From: Nemertoderma westbladi
Lineage: Eukaryota; Animalia; Xenacoelomorpha
Assembly: GCA_032718475.1 (NCBI GenBank)
Contig: JAUCBJ010000149.1
Span: 1-46,177, forward strand
Length of the DNA stretch: 46,177 nt
Reading direction: 5' to 3'
Of the stretch, positions 36,452 to 46,177 are shown piece by piece (positions within the stretch are counted from its first letter, which is position 1; every line of letters starts with the position of its first letter). Both the position numbers and the translations under genes were made by a program. The notes beneath the pieces are model-generated. The model searched no databases and was not told the DNA's origin. It worked only from the letters and a program-made list of their open reading frames with translations.

Positions 36452-39400
36452 TATGGCATACATTTGTTATTTTTATTCGTTAATATTTTCACTCGCTAAA
36501 TATATTTATTACGCGTTAAAAACATTTATTGCGCGTTAAAAATGTATTTATTACGCGTTAAAAAACATTTATTGTGTGTTAAAAATGTATTTATTACGCG
36601 TTAAAAACATTTATTGCGCGTTAAAATTGTATTTATTACGCGTTAAAAACATTTATTGCGCGTTAAAAATGTATTTATTACGCGTTAAAAATACATTTAT
36701 TACGCGTAAAAAAACATTTATTACGCGTTAAAAACTTTTATTGCGCGTTAAAAATGTATTTATTACGCGTTAAAAATACATTTATTACGCGTAAAAAACA
36801 TTTATTACGCGTAAAAAAACATTTATTACGCGTAAGCCATTGGTCAATCCCCACTCATTTATGCTCGTTAGCCATTGGTCAAAATTGGGAGGGAAATCAG
36901 TCTTTGTAATCTGGCAATACAGCCTCAGCCTTGTGTTCTACAGGAGTGCAACAATAGGCTAGGCTCTTCTGGTGGGGTACCGTACACCGCGTACTCTGTA
37001 CAGTAATGTGTTTGTAATGTAGGTTCTGATGTTGGCCTCTCTTACTGGAATATCATGGAATTCTTCATAGAAATCGAATCCATAGTGGAAAAAACTAAAG
37101 ATTTTCTGAGCAATACAACTAGCTCCAGGCCACTTGATGGTGACTATAAGGAATCACATTCTTCCGAATTAATGTGCATAGGAAGAATTAGTTGAAATGC
37201 ACAAGTTGAGTAGGTGAGTCGACACTTACAGTTTTCAGAACAGTCCTTAAAAGTAACACTCAGTTTAACGTTAATAGTTGGCCTCTGAGATCCAAACATC
37301 CACATTAATATATCCTTCTTATTAAGAACAAAGATGGTATCTAATGTCTGGTATCTAATCTAATGTCTAATGTCTGGTACAATGTCTGGTATCTAATAAC
37401 AAGAATACGTTACCCACCCAGTAAATGATATCATCTTGTTTATCGTATCCATTTGATCCACGCTCCATCCGATTCATGAATATTGCACTATCCCAGATTT
37501 TATTTAGTTTCACTTCTGGAGAACATGATAGGGCTTTATACAGAAGACTACTGGAGAAGTTGTTAGGTAGTAATTCCACAAGGGCACCTTTCACGGAGTC
37601 AATGGCTGCCTTATTAATCAATAAAATCGACTTCAAGACTAATTCGGCGTACTTTCTCCTAGTTACATTGCACGTCATCACATTACACGTCATTGGTTAC
37701 ATTGTTACTAACAAATAGTCCTAAATCTGAGCATCTGTTTCGCAATTCATCAACAACTTCGCCTTGCAGTAGAAGTTTAATTTCATTAGGTACAAGGTTA
37801 ATTAATTCTAGAAACTCTAAACACTTACTATCAGCATTGAACGCTATATACCGACTGACCAAAGGATGAATGGCTCCTATAAGTTGTTCACCGTGTACAA
37901 TAATAAAATAAAACAGCTTCCCAAGAACAGCGAACGAACCATTAGCAACTTTACCAATATCTGCTACAGAAGGAACAACAAAATCATCGAGCAGAAGGAA
38001 CATTGAACTTGTTACCATATTACTAATGAATGTTCCGAAAAGATCGCGCCTCAGGCCACCTTGATCGCATCCAGATTCACCAGAAAATGTAACTACAATT
38101 TCAAGAGTAGGATCTAGTTTTGGAATGATCTTCATCAGGTCCTCAGTTAGTAACCTCCTACGTATACGAACCTTCTGCAGGTCATCCACATCAATAAAAC
38201 CAATTAAAACATCATCATAAACATATGGGAACTGAAAAGATAAAAGTTGATCTAATTCTTGGCTACTTAATTGAACCCAATACTGTCTGTTATCTTGATA
38301 ACTAGGTAGGCCTAAGTTATTCGTAAAGTCAGAAACTGTTTTGCACTACCAGTTTCGATTTCCTCATCAGAAATAACAATAACATCCTCTAATTCACCAC
38401 AAGTCGATTTGGTGCTGCGGTGTCGTCTGTAGTGCCCCCGATGAGTGACACCGATAAAGCATTAGACACAGACTGAGGGGTCGCAACCTGTATATAAATG
38501 TTTCTTTGGTACAGACCTGACAATACTTTTCCATCAAATTGGAAGTTATCTCCTACCGCTATCTGTTTAACTGCTTTGTCTACAACTTTAACAAATTTAA
38601 AGGAAGTATTACATTCAGGATCTGCAAGTAAGCATGTAATAATATTAGACTTGATATCCTCGACTATCAGTTTTCTGGAAAGTTAGAACTGAATGTTTGA
38701 CTGTTGAGTCTTTTCTTAAAGTCTTTGGTTCAGTATCATTGAAATCTCGAATGATAATGAGTGGTTTACTATAGCTGACGGTTTCTGGCCTCCCCCGTGG
38801 TGGACGTTGCCTCGTAGGCATTGAATGCCTAATCCTACCAGCAACACCTTGACGACCGGAAGCACCTGCTATACCAATTGATCTACCACTCATACCGGAC
38901 AATGTCTGGAGAGGTCTACTGGCTGGATATAGCGAAAACGCCCTCTGAAGTTCAGTTAATATACCTTCTCTATTTATAGAAGTGTTAGGTAGGGCCCCTC
39001 CTGGGCCTCCTGGGGAATCCGCCCTGTTGATAGTCCCACTGTTTCGGTTACCATTAACATTACTAACGGTTGTAGGCCTAGGCCTATTTGTCTCGCCGCA
39101 CCAGGAACAATATCTATCCTGGGATCTTAAAGTAGACCCACATTCACACACATGTTCACATTCAGGTTCACCTTCCATAATTCTGTAATTTCAGGTACAG
39201 TTCAGTTCAGACAAATGCAGTCAGCAGAACTGTTTCAGATTCCAGTACACCAGTAGCCTACTGCAGTACTGCTACACTGTTAGTTGTGTGTAGAACGCTG
39301 TCTTGCCAGATTACAAAAAAACTGATTTCCCTCCCAATTTTGACCAATGGCTAACGAGCATAAATTAGTGGGGATTGACCAACGCCTTACGCTTAATAAA

Positions 39401-39965
39401 TGTTTTTAACGCGTAATAAATGTTTTTAACGCGTAATAAATGTTTTTAACGCGTAATAAATACATTTTTAACGCGTAATAATTGTTTTTAACGCGTAATA
39501 AATACATTTTTAACGCGTAATAAATTTATTTTTAACGCGTAATAATTGTTTTTAACGCGTAATAAGTATTTTTAACACGTAATAAATACATTTTTAACGC
39601 GTAATAATTGTTTTTAACGCGTAATAAATACATTTTTAACGCGTAATAAATTTATTTTTAATGCGTAATAATTGTTTTTAACGCGTAATAAATGTATTTT
39701 TAACACGTAACAAATACATTTTTAACGCGTAATAATTGTTTTTAATGCGTAATAAATACATTTTTAACGCATAATAAATACATTTCTAACGTGTAATAAA
39801 TGTATTTTTAACGCATAATAAATATATTTTTAACGCGTAAATAAATACATTTTTAACGTGTAAATAATGAATTTTTCATGCGCAATTAAGGTATTTTTCA
39901 CGCGCAATAAATATGTTTTAGCGAGTGAAAATATTAACGAATAAAAATAACAAATGTATGCCATA
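36452..39965. mobile_element. IS3EU-like DNA transposon, non-autonomous, with long TIRs
   Basis: Termini TATGGCATACATTTG / CAAATGTATGCCATA and a perfect 6-bp TSD GTGCAG (36446-36451, 39966-39971). TIRs are 36452-~36923 and ~39297-39965 and contain ACGCGT minisatellites. Confidence 0.85.
37144..39178 (-). pseudogene. G2E3-like HECT-domain E3 ligase gene with an N-terminal zinc ribbon, frameshifted
   Basis: CECG...YCSWCG, then HECT N-lobe VRIRR..VTFSGESGCDQGGLRRDLF and C-lobe TYSTCAFQLILP with the catalytic-type Cys at ~37200. Split over at least 5 frame segments. Confidence 0.75.
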
Positions 39966-40203
39966 GTGCAGTGGCGGTAGGCTACGAAATGCAGAAATGT
40001 GACGATTACGGTTGTCCAAAATCGCTCCTTTGTTTGTTAATAACAAAAAGTACCGGTATTTTATTCATCGAGACATGATTAGAGCAAAAAAACTTGTTTT
40101 CAGATATGGGGTAACACCGGTACCACCGGTAGGCCTATAATAATAATTCGATAAATTGGAGTTGAGCTGATAGTAGAGTTGAGCAACAGTATAATAATTT
40201 GAC

Positions 40204-41065
40204 ATGAACAACACTGATAGACGACGGCAGGCCAGAGTGCAGGGTGGGTGGTCTTCTACATCTACGCCACGCGCTGGTGGACATAGCAACCGTATGACGT
40301 CATCAACATCCGTGGCTACTAAGCCATCGCTTAATCCGCATCCAACCGCAACCGCTCGTCAGAACTCTGCAATAAAACGGGTTGAATTCCAACAACCGAA
40401 TGCGGAGCAGGTTACGAATCCCGTCTCCCGTTATGATAACCAAACCCGGAGAGCATGTTATCAGTACAGACACTAACGGGCCATCTACTATCTCATACAA
40501 CCCATCATTTATAGATTGCGACGAAGCTCGATCGATGATGGAGACCTTACTCTCCGAGTTACCTTGGCAGCAGATGGAACTGACTCTATCCGATGGTAGA
40601 CTAGTTAAACAACCCCGTATGGTTGCCTGGTACGGGGATCGGCCTTACTCTTACTCCCGAGTAACCCAACAAGCCAACCAGCATTGGCACACGCTGTTGG
40701 CCTCACTCAGGGATCTACTGTCCAACCTTCTCCACGTCCCGTTTAACTCGGTCCTGTGCAACCTGTACCGCAACGAGAAGGACTCCGTAGACTGGCACAG
40801 TGACAACGAACCCTTGCTAGGCGGCGCCCCCTCCATAGCCAGTCTATCGTTCGGAGACTCTAGAAACTTCGAACTCCGTAGGAAACCGTCTGATGGCTCC
40901 GGTGATTACACTTACATCGAGACACTCAAGGTGTGCCTCAGTAGCGGCAGTCTGCTAGTCATGTCGGGGTTGACTCAGTTGCATTGGCAACACAGAATTC
41001 CTAAGGAATACCACGATAGACGCCCACGTGTTAATCTAACGTACAGAGTTATATTTCCATCCTAA
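40204..41065 (+). CDS. ALKBH3: Alpha-ketoglutarate-dependent dioxygenase AlkB homolog 3, intronless, one apparent frameshift at ~40400-40415
   Basis: N-terminal RRRQARVQGGW (ALKBH3 signature), QPRMVAWYG, FNSVLCNLYRNEKDSVDWHSD (HxD), WQHRIPKEYH and RVNLTYR (RxxxxxR). Whether it is a gene or a pseudogene is unresolved. Confidence 0.85.
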
Positions 41066-44000
41066 CCACAGTAAATCTAACGTACAGAGTTATATTTCCA
41101 TCCTAACCACAGTAAATCTAACGTACAGAGTTATATTTCCATCCTAACCACAGTAAATCTAACGTACAGAGTTATATTGCCATCCTAACCACAGTTAATC
41201 TAACGTACAGTGCTATATTGCCATCCTAACCACAGTAAATCCAACGTATTAAATAACTGGGAGCAAATCTTGGGATAGGAGTAACGCCCACCCCTGCCCT
41301 CAGGTAGCAGCTATCGAAAGAGGAGCCTTCGGGTCGCCTCCGGCTTCGGCCGACTGTTTGCTTGCTTGCTACAGAGTTATATTGCCATCCTAGCCACAGT
41401 AAATCTAACGTACCGGTACAGTGTTATATTGCCATCCTAACCACATTAAATCGAACGTACAGAGTTATATTGCCATCCTAACCACAGTAAATCTAACGTA
41501 CAGAGTTATATTGCCATCCTAACCACAGTAAATCTAACGTGCAGAGTTATATTGCCATCCTAACCACAGTACCGGTAAATCTAACGTACAGAGTTATTTT
41601 GCCATCCTAACTACAGTAAGTCTAACGTACAGAGTTATATTGCCATCCTAACCACAGTAAGTCTAACGTACAGAGTTATATTGCTATCCTAACCACAGTA
41701 AATCTAACGTACAGAGTTATATTGCCATCCTAACCACAGTAAATCTAACCTACAGAGTTATATTGCCATCCTAGCCACAGTAAATCTAACGTACAGTGTT
41801 ATATTGCCATCCTAACCACAGTAAATCTAACGTACAGAGTTATATTGCCATCCTAACCACAGTAAATCTAACGTACAGTGTTATATTGCCATCCTAACCA
41901 CAGTAAGTCTAACATACAGAGTTATATTGCCATCCTAACCACAGTAAATCTAACGTACAGAGTTATTTTGCCATCCTAACCACAGTAAATCTAACGTACA
42001 GTGTTATATTGCCATCCTAACCACAGTAAATCTAACGTACAGAGTTATATTGCCATCCTAACCACAGTAAATCTAACATACAGTGTTATATTGCCATCCT
42101 AACCACAGTAAATCTAACGTACAGAGTTATATTGCCATCCTAACCACAGTAAATCTTACGTACAGAGTTATATTGCCATCCTAACCACAGTAAATCTAAC
42201 GTACAGAGTTATATTGCCATCCTAACCACAGTAAATCTAACGTACAGTTTATATTGCCATCCTAACCACAGTAAATCTAACGTACAGAGTTATATTGCCA
42301 TCCTAACCACAGTAAATCTAACGTACAGTTTATATTGCCATCCTAACCACAGACAATCTAACGTACAGAGTTACATTGCCATCCTAATTCCTAACCACTG
42401 TAAATCTAACGTACAGAGTTATATTGCCATCCTAACCACAGTAAATCTAACGTACAGAGTTATATTGCCATCCTAAACACAGTTAATCTAACGTACAGAG
42501 TTATATTGCCATCCTAACCACAGTAAATCTAACGTACAGTGTTATATTGCCATCCTAACCACAGTAAATCTAACGTACAGAGTTATATTGCCATCCTAAC
42601 CACAGTAAATCTAACGTACAGTGTTATATTGCCATCCTAACCACAGTAAATCTAACGTACAGTTTATATTGCCATCCTAACCACAGTAAATCTAACGTAC
42701 AGTGTTATATTGCCATCCTAACCACAGTAAATCTAACGTACAGAGTTATATTGCCATCCTAACCACAGTAAATCTAACGTACAGAGTTATATTGCCATCC
42801 TAACCACAGTAAATCTAACGTAAAGAGTTATATTGCCATCCTAACCACAGTAAATCTAACGTACAGAGTTATATTGCCATCCTAACCACAGTAAATCTAA
42901 CGTAAAGAGTTATATTGCCATCCTAACCACAGTAAATCTAACGTACAGTGTTATATTGCCATCCTAACCACAGTAAATCTAACGTACAGAGTTATATTGC
43001 CATCCTAACCACAGTAAATCTAACGTACAGAGTTATATTGCCATCCTAACCACAGTAAATCTAACGTACAGAGTTATATTGCCATCCTAACCACAGTAAA
43101 TCTAACGTACAGAGTTATATTGCCATCCTAACCAAAGTAAATCTAACGTACAGAGTTATATTGCCATCCTAACCACAGTAAATCTAACGTACAGTGTTAT
43201 ATTGCCATCCTAACCACAGTAAATCTAACGTACAGAGTTATATTGCCATCCTAACCACAGTAAATCTAACGTACAGAGTTATATTGCCATCCTAACCACA
43301 GTAAATCTAACGTACAGTGTTATATTGCCATCCTAACCACAGTAAATCTAACGTACAGTGTTATATTGCCATCCTAACCACAGTAAATCTAACGTACAGA
43401 GTTATATTGCCATCCTAACCACAGTAAATCTAACGTACAGTTTATATTGCCATCCTAACCACAGTAAATCTAACGTACAGAGTTATATTGCCATCCTAAC
43501 CACAGTAAATCTAACGTACAGTTTATATTGCCATCCTAACCACAGAAAATCTAACGTACAGAGTTACATTGCCATCCTAATTCCTAACCACTGTAAATCT
43601 AACGTACAGAGTTATATTGCCATCCTAACCACAGTAAATCTAACGTACAGAGTTATATTGCCATCCTAAACACAGTTAATCTAACGTACAGAGTTATATT
43701 GCCATCCTAACCACAGTAAATCTAACGTACAGTGTTATATTGCCATCCTAACCACAGTAAATCTAACGTACAGAGTTATATTGCCATCCTAACCACAGTA
43801 AATCTAACGTACAGTTTATATTGCCATCCTAACCACAGAAAATCTAACGTACAGAGTTACATTGCCATCCTAATTCCTAACCACAGTAAATCTAACGTAC
43901 AGAGTTATATTGCCATCCTAACCACAGTAAATCTAACGTACAGTTTATATTGCCATCCTAACCACAGTAAATCTAACGTACAGAGTTATATTGCCATCCT

Positions 44001-45324
44001 AACCACAGTAAATCTAACGTACAGTTTATATTGCCATCCTAACCACAGAAAATCTAACGTACAGAGTTACATTGCCATCCTAATTCCTAACCACTGTAAA
44101 TCTAACGTACAGAGTTATATTGCCATCCTAACCACAGTAAATCTAACGTACAGAGTTATATTGCCATCCTAACCACAGTAAATCTAACGTACAGAGTTAT
44201 ATTGCCATCCTAAACACAGTTAATCTAACGTACAGAGTTATATTGCCATCCTAACCACAGTAAATCTAACGTACAGTGTTATATTGCCATCCTAACCACA
44301 GTAAATCTAACGTACAGAGTTATATTGCCATCCTAACCACAGTAAATCTAACGTACAGTGTTATATTGCCATCCTAACCACAGTAAATCTAACGTACAGT
44401 TTATATTGCCATCCTAACCACAGTAAATCTAACGTACAGTGTTATATTGCCATCCTAACCACAGTAAATCTAACGTACAGAGTTATATTGCCATCCTAAC
44501 CACAGTAAATCTAACGTACAGAGTTATATTGCCATCCTAACCACAGTAAATCTAACGTAAAGAGTTATATTGCCATCCTAACCACAGTAAATCTAACGTA
44601 CAGAGTTATATTGCCATCCTAACCACAGTAAATCTAACGTAAAGAGTTATATTGCCATCCTAACCACAGTAAATCTAACGTACAGTGTTATATTGCCATC
44701 CTAACCACAGTAAATCTAACGTACAGAGTTATATTGCCATCCTAACCACAGTAAATCTAACGTACAGAGTTATATTGCCATCCTAACCACAGTAAATCTA
44801 ACGTACAGAGTTATATTGCCATCCTAACCACAGTAAATCTAACGTACAGAGTTATATTGCCATCCTAACCAAAGTAAATCTAACGTACAGAGTTATATTG
44901 CCATCCTAACCACAGTAAATCTAACGTACAGTGTTATATTGCCATCCTAACCACAGTAAATCTAACGTACAGAGTTATATTGCCATCCTAACCACAGTAA
45001 ATCTAACGTACAGAGTTATATTGCCATCCTAACCACAGTAAATCTAACGTACAGTGTTATATTGCCATCCTAACCACAGTAAATCTAACGTACAGTGTTA
45101 TATTGCCATCCTAACCACAGTAAATCTAACGTACAGAGTTATATTGCCATCCTAACCACAGTAAATCTAACGTACAGAGTTATATTGCCATCCTAACCAC
45201 AGTTAATCTAACGTACAGAGTTATATTGCCATCCTAACCACAGTAAATCTAACGTACAGAGTTATATTGCCATCCTAACCACAGTAAATCTAACGTACAG
45301 AGTTATATTGCCGTCCTAACCACA
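41030..45324 (+). repeat. 41-bp tandem satellite (GTAAATCTAACGTACAGAGTTATATTGCCATCCTAACCACA), about 100 units
   Basis: Period 41 (e.g. 41041 and 41082). The first unit overlaps the ALKBH3 C-terminal codons and stop. Confidence 0.98.
41249..41369 (+). mobile_element. 5'-truncated SINE 3' tail inserted in the satellite
   Basis: GGAGTAACGCCC..GTAGCAGCTATCGAAAGAGGAGCCTTCGGGTCGCC resembles a widespread invertebrate SINE tail. It ends in (TTGC)n and splits one satellite unit with TA repeated on both sides. Confidence 0.65.
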
Positions 45325-45479
45325 CTTTACATCGCATTGCGACATTATTTCTCAGTATATATGTCCCTACGCCATACATTTTACTATGTATTTCCAGTAT
45401 TATTATGAACAAATAATAAAAATATATAATATATATATATATAATATATATATAAAATATATATAAAAATATAGCTATT

Positions 45480-46177
45480 TTTAACGATAATATTTTTGCT
45501 GAACATCTTAAATATTCCTGTATGGATTTATACAATATTCTAGCATCATTGTTTACTAGTTTAATGGTGCATGGTGTTTTAACGATGTCTATAATTACTG
45601 TAATATTGGTACTGATTATAAAAGTTAAGTTAGCGAAGTTGAATAGTAAAGATAATTATAGACCAATTGCTCTGGCTAGTGTTTCATCGAAAGTGTTGGA
45701 AAAAATTATACTTGATAGAATAATTGATAACTTGCAGACATCTCATAACCAGTTCGGTTTTAAACCAAAACTGGGCACTGACATGTGTATTTATTATCTT
45801 AAAGAAATATTATATAAATATTGTCAACTCCAGTCAAATATGTTTGTTAGTTTTTTGGATGCCTCCAAGGCTTTCGACCATATATACCACGGTAAATTAT
45901 TTGAAATCTTATTGAATAGAGATGTCCCTAAATATATTGTTAGGTTAATTGTTTATTGGTATGTCAATCAATTATTTGCTTCCCGCTGGGGGAAATGTAT
46001 TATCGTCTTTTTTTACAGTTAGCAATGGTTGCAGACAGGATATATGGACTGTTTATCTGTCGAATTAAATCAACTTAATATTGGTTGTTTATATAGTACT
46101 CTGATTTTTAATCACCTTATGTATGCGGATGACCTTGTATTAATTTCTCCGTCTGTAAAGGGTATGCAGTCTTCATT
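45480..46177 (+). pseudogene. Non-LTR retrotransposon RT fragment (RTEX-like), 5' truncated and running off the window
   Basis: NYRPIALASVSSKVLE, NQFGFK, FLDASKAFD and NHLMYADDL; frameshift and internal deletion around 46000-46045. Confidence 0.85.

Noticed and set aside
41060-41070. Telomeric (CCTAA/TTAGG) origin of the satellite
   Set aside because: There is generally only one CCTAACC per unit, and it is simply the Ser codon, stop codon and UTR of ALKBH3.
43358-44172. ORFs 43358-43669 and 43732-44172
   Set aside because: They are translation by-products of the 41-bp satellite.
41030-45324. CRISPR array
   Set aside because: The units are contiguous with no unique spacers, there are no cas genes, and the context is eukaryotic.

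Overview
This is eukaryotic DNA, probably from an invertebrate animal, AT-rich and dense in transposons. There are no prokaryotic operons, rRNA genes or CRISPR arrays. Positions 1-19570 hold a decayed BEL/Pao LTR retrotransposon complex. Its gag-pol frame (3604-~14519; 3x CCHC, protease, RT, RNase H, integrase) is broken by stops, frameshifts and a ~2.2 kb insertion in the integrase. The flanks 1-3594 and 16440-19570 are homologous but strongly diverged. The best reading is a giant (~4.9 kb) LTR at 14644-19570. It carries its own non-env gene (three CCHC knuckles plus an RG/RS tail), a nested inner LTR-like unit and a tRNA-like Pol III A/B-box element. A 20-nt hairpin motif (GGAAGRCYYGYGAGCCTWYC) occurs 12 times along the sense strand of the element. 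The extra RNA-binding ORF plus these dispersed hairpins is the main candidate for an undescribed system. Positions 19.6-36 kb are a nest of DNA-transposon and LINE remnants: Academ-like, MITEs, Kolobok-like, a Harbinger with an RTE insertion, and an inverted tRNA-like pair. 36452-39965 is an IS3EU-like TIR element with a 6-bp TSD carrying a decayed HECT E3 gene. 40204-41065 is an intronless ALKBH3 with one frameshift, whose last codons seeded a ~4.3 kb 41-bp satellite. The window ends in a LINE RT fragment. All alignments were made by eye, and family names come from recalled diagnostic features rather than database searches.
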